Translations under genes and position numbers: made by a program
The notes under the pieces: generated by a model
The model's input: only the letters and a program-made list of their open reading frames with translations
The model's database searches: none
What the model was told of the DNA's origin: nothing
Source of the DNA: an uncultured Ignavibacteria bacterium
GTDB lineage: Bacteria; Zixibacteria; MSB-5A5; JAABVY01; JAHJOQ01
Reading direction: 5' to 3'
DNA length: 64,000 bases
NCBI GenBank assembly: GCA_964415885.1
Contig: CAYQCE010000005.1
Coordinates: 40,141-104,140, forward strand
In this document: positions 9,807 through 18,804 of the stretch, piece after piece
Layout: every line of letters begins with the position of its first letter
Position numbering within the stretch: the first letter of the stretch is position 1

Positions 9807-10925
9807 ATGTACAAAGTCCTCGACAGATATCTCTATCGTACTTTTTTCAAGTCGCTATTTGTGTCGCTTCTCGTATTCCTCTTCATCTATCTTATCATCG
9901 ACAATACCGAGCATCTCGATGACTACATAGACAACCAGGCAGAGTTCGGCACGATAGTCCGGTACTATATCCACTTTTTCCCCTTTATTATTGTGCAGGT
10001 AACTCCCGTTGCGGTTTTGCTTGCATCGATGTTCACCATCGGATTGATGGCGCGCAGGAACGAACTTCTCGCTTTGAACTCATCGGGAGTCAGCCTCTAT
10101 CGAACCGCTCAGCCGCTGCTTTTGTGCGGTCTTGTCATTGCTGTCGGGATGTTCTTCTTCGCGGATCAAGTCGTCCCGGGTGCGAACCGCAAGAAGATGC
10201 AGATTCTGCATGGCGAGATCGAGAAGCAGGCGACCTACGGCAAGGAACAACTGCGCAATCTGTACTACCTCGGCGAGCAGGGTCGAATTTTTCAGTTCGA
10301 GAGCTATGACCTCGGTAAACTGACGGCACGCGGTGTCAGCATTCGTAAGGTTAGAGAGAATCGACTCCAGAGCCAGATCGAGGCTCAAATGATGAGATGG
10401 GAGGATTCCGGGTGGGTTGCATACGATGTTGAGTTCCGTGAATTCGGACATGATTCAGTGGGCATTGGACTCGAAACGCTCGAGCATCGGGATACACTGC
10501 TTCTGAGTCAGCTCACGGAAGAGCCGGGTCTTTTCGAGAAGTCGGAGTCTATCCGAAGGAGTTCGGACAAGAATCTCGGCTTCGATATGTCTGTAGCGGA
10601 TATCGAGCGGGCGATTGAATACCGGGAGAAGGCAGCAATGGAGACAACGCGTGAGCAAGTATACCTGCAGATGAAATACGCGCTTCCGCTTGCGAATTTT
10701 ATAATCGTCCTTCTCGCAGTTCCACTCGCGTCCGACCCTCGCCGTGGGTCGCTCGCTATCGGTTTCGCATTCTCCGCCGGTATTACATTCGTATATATTC
10801 TGCTTTTCGAAACCGGACAGAAACTCGGGACCGAGGGCACCATACCTCCCTGGGCTGCGGCATGGGGAGCGAACGCGCTATTCTTCCTCTTGGGGATGGT
10901 TTTCATGCTGAAGGCGAGGAAGTGA
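9807..10925 (+). CDS. LptF/LptG-family LPS export permease (second copy)
   Basis: MYKVLDRYLYRTFFKSLFVSLLVFLFIYLIID... paralogous YjgP/YjgQ architecture; 4-nt gap to the upstream paralog; typical lptF-lptG pair. Confidence 0.85.
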   Translation: MYKVLDRYLYRTFFKSLFVSLLVFLFIYLIIDNTEHLDDYIDNQAEFGTIVRYYIHFFPFIIVQVTPVAVLLASMFTIGLMARRNELLALNSSGVSLYRTAQPLLLCGLVIAVGMFFFADQVVPGANRKKMQILHGEIEKQATYGKEQLRNLYYLGEQGRIFQFESYDLGKLTARGVSIRKVRENRLQSQIEAQMMRWEDSGWVAYDVEFREFGHDSVGIGLETLEHRDTLLLSQLTEEPGLFEKSESIRRSSDKNLGFDMSVADIERAIEYREKAAMETTREQVYLQMKYALPLANFIIVLLAVPLASDPRRGSLAIGFAFSAGITFVYILLFETGQKLGTEGTIPPWAAAWGANALFFLLGMVFMLKARK

Positions 10926-11458
10926 TGAATCGACCGGAAGCAAGAGATGGAAGGAAAGGATCAATGTTAATACCGACAATAGTGATGGCGGCTCTGGCGG
11001 TGATGCTTATCGTCATCGGCTTTCGCGGCGGCGAAAACCAGCATATCACCGGACTCAATGCGGCGTGGAAGATGCTTCTGGAAATCCTGCCGCTCCTGAT
11101 TTTTGCCTTCATAATTGCAGGTATGGCACAGGTCCTTCTACCTCAGGCAACGATAGACAAGTGGGTCGGTGAAGAGGCAGGATTGCGCGGAATATTCATC
11201 GGCTCGGTCGCCGGCGGGCTCACGCCGGGTGGGCCGTTTGTCTCGCTACCGATAGCGGCCGGACTCATAAGAGCCGGTGCAGGGGTCGGCACGATGGTGG
11301 CGTTTCTGACCGGCTGGTCGCTTTATGCAGTCAGCAGGCTGCCGCTCGAGGTCGGAGTGCTGGGCTGGAAACTCACGGCAATCCGGCTGGTGTCGAGTCT
11401 TATCTTTCCACCTCTGGCCGGGCTGATCGCACACTACATGTTCTCGGCGGCGAAATAG
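10925..11458 (+). CDS. Small polytopic membrane protein, half-size DUF318/permease-like
   Basis: Start at ATG 10925 overlapping the lptG stop (TGATG); about 177 aa and hydrophobic. Motif GGLTPGGPFVSLPIAAGLIRAGAGVGTMVAFLTGWSLY resembles the COG0701 predicted-permease repeat but is half length. Confidence 0.45.
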   Translation: MNRPEARDGRKGSMLIPTIVMAALAVMLIVIGFRGGENQHITGLNAAWKMLLEILPLLIFAFIIAGMAQVLLPQATIDKWVGEEAGLRGIFIGSVAGGLTPGGPFVSLPIAAGLIRAGAGVGTMVAFLTGWSLYAVSRLPLEVGVLGWKLTAIRLVSSLIFPPLAGLIAHYMFSAAK

Positions 11459-11486
11459 GATGGACGGTGCCGTAGGGAATCCCCGC

Positions 11487-11516
11487 TTGACATTGGTGGC
11501 TGTCGCGGATATAAAT
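11487..11516 (+). promoter_or_regulatory. Sigma-70-type promoter upstream of rubredoxin
   Basis: Exact TTGACA (11487..11492), 17-nt spacer, then TATAAAT (11510..11516), about 35 nt upstream of the rubredoxin ATG. Confidence 0.45.
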
Positions 11517-11551
11517 AGCCTCTATCTGGTAGCATTACAGGAGAGCTCATC

Positions 11552-11728
11552 ATGACTGCCGAACAACCGATGAGAAAGTACATCTGCACTCAGTGTGGCT
11601 GGGTGTATGATCCCGAGGAGGGCGATCCGATGCACGGCATCGAACCGGGAACGCCGTTCGAAGAACTTCCCAAAAACTACCTCTGTCCGGTCTGTGGAGC
11701 GGGCAAGAACGATTTTACACCTATGTGA
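11552..11728 (+). CDS. Rubredoxin
   Basis: 58 aa ORF missing from the ORF track (<60 aa). [55 protein letters not shown] carries both CxxCG and CPxCG iron-binding knuckles. GGAGAG RBS 6 nt upstream. Confidence 0.9.
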   Translation: MTAEQPMRKYICTQCGWVYDPEEGDPMHGIEPGTPFEELPKNYLCPVCGAGKNDFTPM

Positions 11729-11732
11729 GCTG

Positions 11733-12398
11733 ATGAAGATGAATACTATACTCGTTGACAAGGCGGAGTTGACTCCGACCAAGATAGTCTGTGTTGGCAA
11801 AAACTACCTCGAGCACATCCGCGAGATGGGAGGCGACAAGCCGTTCCCCGAACCGACAATATTCATGAAACCGAATTCGGCTCTGATATCCTCACCGGAG
11901 ACCGTGACGATACCGCAGTCATTCGGCACACTTCACCACGAAGCCGAGCTCTGTTTCGTCATATCCGAAATATGCAAGAATGTGTCTAAAGAGGACGCCC
12001 ACGGGTTTATCCTCGGCTGGGGAGTCGGAATAGACTTTACTCTGCGAGATATTCAGGGCAAGGCGAAGGAACGAGGGGGGCCGTGGGAGATCGCCAAGGG
12101 ATTCGATAACGCCGCGGTTTTCGGACACTTCCAGTCGAGAGACAAGGATTTCGACCCGGCCACTCTCGCCATACGTCTCAAGGTAAACGACGAGATCAGG
12201 CAGGATGGCAACACCGGCCAGATGATCTTCACTCCGAGTGAAGTGATTGAGTATGTTTCGGGATTTATCACGCTTCACCGAGGCGACATCGTAATGACGG
12301 GGACACCAAAAGGTGTTGGGCCGGTCGAAAACGGCGACACGGTCGAGGCGGCAATCTCACAGTTGCCGTCGCTCATATTTAGAGTCCTTCGTTCGTGA
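11733..12398 (+). CDS. Fumarylacetoacetate hydrolase (FAH) family protein (YcgM/HpcE-like)
   Basis: MKMNTILVDKAELTPTKIVCVGKNYLEHIREMG...HHEAELCFVI...GDIVMTGTPKGVG. Conserved FAH-fold metal-binding and substrate motifs (KIVCVGKNY, EAEL, GTPxGVG). Confidence 0.85.
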   Translation: MKMNTILVDKAELTPTKIVCVGKNYLEHIREMGGDKPFPEPTIFMKPNSALISSPETVTIPQSFGTLHHEAELCFVISEICKNVSKEDAHGFILGWGVGIDFTLRDIQGKAKERGGPWEIAKGFDNAAVFGHFQSRDKDFDPATLAIRLKVNDEIRQDGNTGQMIFTPSEVIEYVSGFITLHRGDIVMTGTPKGVGPVENGDTVEAAISQLPSLIFRVLRS

Positions 12399-12474
12399 AC
12401 ACTTCGACCCGTAGCACCGTTCTTCTGAGATAGAGAGTGATACATGGATATTTCTCGAGAGGATTGATACTCAG

Positions 12475-13395
12475 GTGAAAGTAGCTATCTCAGGTTCAAC
12501 AGGTCTCGTCGGAAACAGGCTGGTTAAGCGGTTGCTGGAAAACGATCATACGGTGATTCGACTCGTGCGGAAGAATGTGCCGGATGATGACACGATCAAG
12601 GTGTCGTGGAGTCCGTACGATGGCAAGATTGAGCGCGAGCGGCTGGAAGGGATAGATGCCGTCGTTAATCTCTCCGGTGCGAACCTGGCATCCTCGCGAT
12701 GGACTGAAGACAGGAAGAAGGTCCTGCGGGACAGCCGAGTCGTGACTACGACTTTCGTGAGTGATGTCATCGGTTCCCTCGAAAACAAACCGAAGACGAT
12801 GATGTCGGCTTCTGCTACCGGATATTACGGAGACACCAAGAAAGCCAATTCCGCTTCCGAATACAGCCCGCACGGAAAGGGATTCCTCTCCGATCTCTGC
12901 AGGGAATGGGAGGCGGCTACCAGGCCCGCAGCAAATTCCGGCGTCCGTGTGGTGAACGGGCGATTCGGCGTAGTTCTATCTACCGAAGACGGTGCGCTTG
13001 CGAAGATGCTTCCGGTGTTCAAGGCGGGGATCGGCGGACATATCGGATCCGGCCGCCAGATGATGAGCTGGATAGTGCTCGAGGATCTTGTCGACGCTAT
13101 CATTTTCACGCTCGAAACCGAGAGCCTCAACGGTCCGGTCAATATGGTCAGCCCGGATCCTGTGACGAACAAGGACTTCTCGAAAACTCTCGCTGATGTC
13201 CTTGGAAAACCATGTTTCACTCGTGTGCCCGCATTTGCTCTGAAGGTTGCGCTCGGTTCGGAGATGGCGGAGGAAACACTCCTCGCGAGTCAGAATGTTG
13301 TCCCGGAGAAACTGAACGAAGCCGGCTTCGAGTTTCGCTATCCTGATCTCGAGGGTGCGCTGAAACATGCTCTCGCCGAGGAGCAGGCTGGTTGA
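12475..13395 (+). CDS. NAD-dependent epimerase/dehydratase, YfcH/SDR39U1 family (DUF1731)
   Basis: Rossmann N-terminus MKVAISGSTGLVGNRLVKRLL and the C-terminal DUF1731-type tail (NVVPEKLNEAGFEFRYPDLEGAL) characteristic of TIGR01777. Confidence 0.85.
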   Translation: MKVAISGSTGLVGNRLVKRLLENDHTVIRLVRKNVPDDDTIKVSWSPYDGKIERERLEGIDAVVNLSGANLASSRWTEDRKKVLRDSRVVTTTFVSDVIGSLENKPKTMMSASATGYYGDTKKANSASEYSPHGKGFLSDLCREWEAATRPAANSGVRVVNGRFGVVLSTEDGALAKMLPVFKAGIGGHIGSGRQMMSWIVLEDLVDAIIFTLETESLNGPVNMVSPDPVTNKDFSKTLADVLGKPCFTRVPAFALKVALGSEMAEETLLASQNVVPEKLNEAGFEFRYPDLEGALKHALAEEQAG

Positions 13396-13463
13396 GATTG
13401 ACAATGTGGACAAGTGATTTTAGATTCGACGTGTGATGATGAACAATACAGAGAGGAGACAGG

Positions 13464-13964
13464 ATGACACCGGTAGACAATGAGGTACTCGAGGGACTCT
13501 CGCGCGGGATTCAGGCCGAACTCGCCGCATATGTCTTCTACAAAAAAGCCCTCGCGCTGAACAAAGATGAGAATCTCGATGAGGTTCTCAAGTGGCTCGC
13601 CGGAGAGGAGAAGGATCATTATGCCATCCTTGAGGGTCAGTATCGCAGCCTGCTCAAATCAGAGCGCTGGGTCGCCTATAACGACATCATGAAGAAAGAG
13701 GGCCTTCCCGATATCGACGAGCACACCGAGAAGGTGCACGATACCCTTATCGAGGAAGTGGACGAGAATACATCCCCGAAGCGGATTCTCGAAATCGCCC
13801 TGCTGCTGGAAGTCCGCGCTCGAGATATTTACCAGGAACTCGAACAGAAGACCGAAAACCCGGAGGGTAAGAAGACCTACGAATACCTCGTCAGATTCGA
13901 GTCGGGACATATCGCGAAGATCAAGAGCATAGCGGGCAAGATGGGAATCCGGCTCGCGGATTAG
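13464..13964 (+). CDS. Ferritin-like diiron (rubrerythrin-like) domain protein
   Basis: 166 aa; two E...ExxH-type helix motifs (EEKDHY and FESGH) in a four-helix-bundle-like layout. Near rubredoxin. Confidence 0.55.
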   Translation: MTPVDNEVLEGLSRGIQAELAAYVFYKKALALNKDENLDEVLKWLAGEEKDHYAILEGQYRSLLKSERWVAYNDIMKKEGLPDIDEHTEKVHDTLIEEVDENTSPKRILEIALLLEVRARDIYQELEQKTENPEGKKTYEYLVRFESGHIAKIKSIAGKMGIRLAD

Positions 13965-13993
13965 ACCGCAGCCCCACTTACGAACAGTTTTGA

Positions 13994-14031
13994 CCGGCAT
14001 ACCGAGAGGTGTGCCGGCCAGTTCTTTCTCC
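13994..14031 (+). terminator. Putative intrinsic terminator after the ferritin-like gene
   Basis: Hairpin CCGGCATACCGAGAGGTGTGCCGG followed by a T-rich tract GTTCTTTCTCC. Confidence 0.35.
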
Positions 14032-14312
14032 AGGCTCTGTGGGCTTGTTCGGTCAGTGCCTGTCCCGCGTTAGCGGGATGTGAACTGATTGCTCGTAAGT
14101 CGCAGGTACACATAATCGTAAACGAATAATCGGCAGATCACAATCCAGTTTCTCATCGGGATCAGGATCTGCCGTAACCTATTGTAATGTCTAATTAAAC
14201 AACCTCGAGTCGTGTGCCGGTTCATCTTGCCGGTCACATGGTCAGAAATCTGACCGCAAGGCACTGCAAGAACACTCGCGCTCGCATTCAGGCAACACGA
14301 TGCGGCGAGGTC

Positions 14313-14348
14313 GAGATTGCCGCGCTCGCTACGCTCACTCGCAAAGAC
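14313..14348. repeat. Interspersed repeat module M1 (copy 1)
   Basis: GAGATTGCCGCGCTCGCTACGCTCACTCGCAAAGAC recurs near-identically at 48104..48139. The surrounding intergenic 14050..14500 also contains a CTGTCCCGCGTTAGCGGGA hairpin related to the tandem repeat at the window end. Confidence 0.6.
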
Positions 14349-14515
14349 AGTCTTTCTGTGGTTATTCAGCAGACCCGTTGGGCCGGGCCGCTATACAGCG
14401 CGGATGACTGAAAATCGTGAAGCCTTAATCCTTTTCCGGTTGACCTTTCAACCCAAACTCATAATTTTCCGGCCAAACAAAAGAGAATCATCTACTCACC
14501 GGCAAAGTCGAGGAC

Positions 14516-15892
14516 TTGGAAATGGAAAAGACAATATCCCGCAGATTCGCTGAATTCGTCCACAATCTCAAATACGAAGATATCGACAAGGAATCGATTC
14601 GTCACGCCAAGAGATTCCTGTTCGACACCATCGGTTGTGCACTTGGCGGCCACAGGGCGGAAGACTGCAAAATCTCGCTCGGCGTGATACAGGGAATGGG
14701 CGGCACCGAAGAGTCTACGCTCATCGCAACCGGATTCAGAACCAACGCCTACATGGCTTCTCTGGCAAACGCACTGATGGTGCGCGTGATGGACTATAAC
14801 GACATCTACTGGAAAGAAGATCCGTCGCATCCGTCGGATATCATCCCGGCCGCCATGGCTGTCGGAGAGCGCGAGGGAAAGTCCGGCAAGGACCTGCTCG
14901 TCGGTATTATCATCGGCCACGAGATCGAGATGCGCCTGTGTGAGTATGTCACCCCCGGAATACGTGAGCGAGGGTGGCATCACGCTACCCTGACGCAGCT
15001 CGTGTCACCGTTGGTTGCCGGTAAGATGCTCGATCTGGATGTTGATCAGTTGACGAATGCGACCGGAATCTCCGGTTGCCACAATTTCACTCTTGGTGCT
15101 GTAGCAGCCGGTAAGCTGACTATGATGAAGAACACAGTCGATCCGATGGCGACACAGTCCGGTGTCCTGGCCGCTTTGCTCGCGAAAGACGGCTATATCG
15201 GCACCGAGGCGATCTACGAGGGGAAGGAAGGCTTCTGCCAGCAGATGGGCAAGGGATACAAGGAGGAGGTGCTCTTCGACGGACTCGGTGAGAAGTTCAA
15301 GATCGGTAACTGTTCGTTTAAGGCATTCCCGACCGAGTTTTTGACCCAGTCGCCGGTGACTGCGGCTCTCAAGCTGATCAAGGAGAAGGATATCGACTGG
15401 AAAGACGTCGAAGAGGTTACAGTACACACTATCGCTCGTGCGGTCGACATTCTCGCCGACCCGACAAAGTATCAGCCCACATCCAAGGAGACTGCCGATC
15501 ATTCGATGCCATACTGCGTCGGTGCGGCCATCATGGACAAGATGGTAACCCCGCTTCAGTTCAAGCATGACCGTATTGCCGATCAGAATCTTATCGATTT
15601 CATACAGAAGATCAAAGTCGTGGCGAATGAGGACCTCGAGAAGGAATTCCCGCAGATGCAGCCGTCGATTGTCGATCTGAAGATGAAATCCGGCGAGAAG
15701 TTCACGCAACGCGTCGATTACGCCAAGGGCGATCCCAGGGAGACTATGACCGATGACGACCTGATGGACAAATTCTACGGTCTAACTGCCGACTTTCTCT
15801 CGGACGATCGCAGGAAGAATATCCGCGAGATGGTTTACAATCTCGAAGATGTCGGCAAGGTTTCGGAACTGATGGCTGCGCTTATCGTATAA
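14516..15892 (+). CDS. MmgE/PrpD family protein (2-methylcitrate dehydratase-like)
   Basis: 458 aa; N-terminus and core typical of the PrpD fold (AKRFLFDTIGCALGG...VRVMDYNDIYW...HPSDIIPAAMAVGE). Possible TTGACC/ATAATT promoter at 14440..14466. Confidence 0.9.
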   Translation: MEMEKTISRRFAEFVHNLKYEDIDKESIRHAKRFLFDTIGCALGGHRAEDCKISLGVIQGMGGTEESTLIATGFRTNAYMASLANALMVRVMDYNDIYWKEDPSHPSDIIPAAMAVGEREGKSGKDLLVGIIIGHEIEMRLCEYVTPGIRERGWHHATLTQLVSPLVAGKMLDLDVDQLTNATGISGCHNFTLGAVAAGKLTMMKNTVDPMATQSGVLAALLAKDGYIGTEAIYEGKEGFCQQMGKGYKEEVLFDGLGEKFKIGNCSFKAFPTEFLTQSPVTAALKLIKEKDIDWKDVEEVTVHTIARAVDILADPTKYQPTSKETADHSMPYCVGAAIMDKMVTPLQFKHDRIADQNLIDFIQKIKVVANEDLEKEFPQMQPSIVDLKMKSGEKFTQRVDYAKGDPRETMTDDDLMDKFYGLTADFLSDDRRKNIREMVYNLEDVGKVSELMAALIV

Positions 15893-15958
15893 ATTGCAAG
15901 GAGGGGGGCAAAGAACTAGTCTCGAGCGGTTCGTTTGTTAAATCAGGCGAGCCGCTTT

Positions 15959-16822
15959 TTATTCTCTCAAATCAAATAGCTGCGTGATTGCACGAGACCA
16001 GCCTTCCGGTCCCGGCGCACCCGCGAGATACGGCTTCACTTTGTTCTTAACGGCTCGATTGTAACGTCTGTTTTTTCCCATCACGAGCACAGGATAGTCG
16101 ACCACCTCGAGCATCTCGAGATCATTTGTCGAGTCACCGAGACCGACAACCTCCGGAACTGTGCCGTGCAGTTTGCCGTACATTTCTCTCAGGTATTCAA
16201 CCGCACGTCCCTTGTCAATATCACCAACGAGATGAAAGAAGCGTTTGCCCTGGATGACATTGTAGCCTTCCTTCTCGAGTTCCTTAATCACGTACTCGAT
16301 AGTTCGCGACTCCGTGCCCTCAGGAAAAACAAACGGTTCGCTGTATTCCCGGTCGGCGGCTTTCTTCGCCTGTTTCGAGCTGACGAAATCGCAAAGCACC
16401 TGTACTTTTTTGAGATCCATATCCGAAAACCCCTCGACAGAGATACCGGATCGATTTCGCACCTCAGTGAACGCCTTCCGAATCTCGTGATTCGATGCAC
16501 CGAATTCTCTGACTAAGTAGTCACCGCGCTTCTTGAGATCGCCCTTCACACCGTCGAACATCTTTGCCGGCATAAACACGGCGGCGCCATTTTCACAGAT
16601 TAGCGGTGTGTTGAGCTGCAGCTTTCGACGCCAGTATTCAATCTCCGATCTGGTCTTGGATGAACAGCATATTATCGGAATTCGCCGCTTTTTGAGGGCC
16701 TTGACAGCGGGTAAGGCATCATCGAATGAGTAAGTGTCGAAATCGAGCAGAGTACCGTCGAGGTCGGTAACTACAATCGTGTTTCCGGGGTCTTTGACGC
16801 TTCTATAAATGCGAGATCTCAT
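15959..16822 (-). CDS. HAD-IIB hydrolase, mannosyl-3-phosphoglycerate phosphatase (MPGP/YedP) family
   Basis: HAD motif I VTDLDGTLLD, motif II CSSKTRSE, motif IV GDSTNDLEM; cap architecture of the MPGP family. Lies next to two glycosyltransferases. Confidence 0.8.
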   Translation of the reverse strand: MRSRIYRSVKDPGNTIVVTDLDGTLLDFDTYSFDDALPAVKALKKRRIPIICCSSKTRSEIEYWRRKLQLNTPLICENGAAVFMPAKMFDGVKGDLKKRGDYLVREFGASNHEIRKAFTEVRNRSGISVEGFSDMDLKKVQVLCDFVSSKQAKKAADREYSEPFVFPEGTESRTIEYVIKELEKEGYNVIQGKRFFHLVGDIDKGRAVEYLREMYGKLHGTVPEVVGLGDSTNDLEMLEVVDYPVLVMGKNRRYNRAVKNKVKPYLAGAPGPEGWSRAITQLFDLRE

Positions 16823-17507
16823 CAGATTCTCTCTTTCCCTTTTCCAGTGATCGGAGCTTTCGCTCGAGCGTTTCTCTCGCTATGTCCTTTCCGCCCAGCC
16901 CGAAAGCAATGGCGAGCGCGAGCACGAAACCGCCGAGCATGATGGCGAAGGTTGCCTCCACAATGCCTCGTCCCACACCGATATAGTCAGTGGCAATCGC
17001 AATGAAGAATATCAGTATGATCCCCCGGACGAGAAATGCGATCAGTCTTGCCGATCTGTACTGCGAATTGACCAGCGCTATGAGTGTCGCTCTGCCCAAA
17101 AAGCGGGATACAAAGTACCCGACCACGAAGATAACGAATGCCACCGCAAAAAGTGGTATGGCTGCGACGGTAGATGCCAGAAGTCGGTTCAGGGTTTCGA
17201 CATGCAGGAATGACACCGCCAGAATCAGGTGCAGGAAGAGGACGAGCCAGTAGAAGACTCTGCCGAGCAGCATCACCGGCGTCTGGTCATACCAGGCTTT
17301 CGAGACAATTGACGACAGCCCGATCCGGTAGGCGAGCACGTTAAAACTCAATAGACCGGCGATCAGGATCACGAGTTTCTTAACAAGATACGCCAGCAGC
17401 AAACCGACCAGCAAGGTTGCAACGAAGAGCAGCAGCCGGGGTGCCATCTCTAACAACGGCGATACCGCCTCCAACGCCGGATCTATTAGAATTTCCTGTA
17501 TATCCAC
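16803..17507 (-). CDS. Multi-pass membrane protein (conserved-TM-helix repeat type, possibly channel-associated)
   Basis: 234 aa; six predicted TM helices in a repeated pattern, charged C-terminal tail. No enzymatic motifs. Confidence 0.45.
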   Translation of the reverse strand: MDIQEILIDPALEAVSPLLEMAPRLLLFVATLLVGLLLAYLVKKLVILIAGLLSFNVLAYRIGLSSIVSKAWYDQTPVMLLGRVFYWLVLFLHLILAVSFLHVETLNRLLASTVAAIPLFAVAFVIFVVGYFVSRFLGRATLIALVNSQYRSARLIAFLVRGIILIFFIAIATDYIGVGRGIVEATFAIMLGGFVLALAIAFGLGGKDIARETLERKLRSLEKGKRESDEISHL

Positions 17508-17532
17508 AATGCACCTCCATTCATTCTACCAC

Positions 17533-18795
17533 TTACCATCGAGAGATGAGATACTCCTTCTGGTTGAGAAACTCCCGGCACAACTCTTCAAGCTTCTCTT
17601 CGACCTCCTCTGAATCAGCTTCCTGCGTCGCATTTATGAAACCCGCCGTCCGCCCGAGATAGAGTGGAGTAAGAGATCGAACCAGGTGCTCGGGGTGCAT
17701 TACTCTATGATGATAACCGAGAGCATACTGATATACTATCTTCACCCAGAGTTCATCCGGGAATTCAAAGTCGCTGACGGCAACGCGTGCCATCATCTTC
17801 AAACGGTCGATGCAATTGTAGTCGAGGATAGCCCGCCAGACCGGCATCATCTCCTCAACGCCATTCTGAAACGAGGTTACGAGCCTCTCCAGATTGACAT
17901 TCACCGGTTCCACTCCAACCTCGAAGCGGAAACCGTACTGCATGATGTCGCTGCTCTGCTTTGCGTTCTTCCAAACATCGTCGTGTTTCTCCATCAGGTA
18001 GAAAAGCGAACCGACTACCTGAACGAGCATCGATGCGAGGTCCGCACCCGGATCCTTCGGTGCGTGAATCTTGGCTCCGAGAAATGACTGGCACACACGA
18101 AAACCGTCTGCGATCGCTGTCGTCGACATCCAGATATCAATCCCGAATCTGGCGATATCGGTGTCGAACTCGCCCACCTTGATATAGTGTGACGCGAGCT
18201 CGCCGGAGAATCCGAAATCGCCGCCGATCGGTTGACGAACCGGGACTCCGTACAGTGTACGGGTCAGAGGATATACGATTGAATTCGTAATGGTGCCGTC
18301 GTACTTGTGCCGTTTGTACAGCGGCGCCACGAAATCATAGTTTTTCTTAAGAACAGGCGTTAACAGCAGCTCTACCCACTCCGGGGTTATGCTGCGCAGG
18401 TCCGAGTCGACAACGGCGACGGCTTTTGCTCCCAGGGTCTCCGCAATCTTGAAAATCGTACGAAACGCCGAACCTTTACCGGGAATACCGCGGTAATTCG
18501 TGCTGATTCGGTGAATCGTATAGATAGGGTGCTCCACCAGCACGGTTTCGAGATCGTCAATCGCGGCATCCATTACTACATTCGGTGTACCGTCTGATGA
18601 GCCGCCGTCGGAGTTGATGATCACGGCATTGTAATCGCGGAAATACTTCATTATCCCCGCGTTGACGGCGTTAATTACATGATGGATCGTATCAGAGTTG
18701 TTGAAACTTGGGACGCCGATCACAATATCAGTCTGGCCGATCGACTCGATCTGCTTCTTGAGCTTCCTGCCGATTAGGTTGAACTTCGAGCTCAT
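17533..18795 (-). CDS. GT-A fold glycosyltransferase (GT2/GT81-like), candidate glycosyl-3-phosphoglycerate synthase
   Basis: 420 aa; DGGSSDGT and DSD (DxD-like) motifs in an N-terminal Rossmann-like GT-A domain. Upstream of the MPGP-family phosphatase. Confidence 0.65.
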   Translation of the reverse strand: MSSKFNLIGRKLKKQIESIGQTDIVIGVPSFNNSDTIHHVINAVNAGIMKYFRDYNAVIINSDGGSSDGTPNVVMDAAIDDLETVLVEHPIYTIHRISTNYRGIPGKGSAFRTIFKIAETLGAKAVAVVDSDLRSITPEWVELLLTPVLKKNYDFVAPLYKRHKYDGTITNSIVYPLTRTLYGVPVRQPIGGDFGFSGELASHYIKVGEFDTDIARFGIDIWMSTTAIADGFRVCQSFLGAKIHAPKDPGADLASMLVQVVGSLFYLMEKHDDVWKNAKQSSDIMQYGFRFEVGVEPVNVNLERLVTSFQNGVEEMMPVWRAILDYNCIDRLKMMARVAVSDFEFPDELWVKIVYQYALGYHHRVMHPEHLVRSLTPLYLGRTAGFINATQEADSEEVEEKLEELCREFLNQKEYLISRW

Positions 18796-18804
18796 GCTTT
18801 ATCT

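Noticed and set aside
11595-11732. GTG-initiated 5' extension of the FAH-family ORF
   Set aside because: It overlaps the rubredoxin gene in another frame. The FAH homology starts at MKMNTIL (11733).
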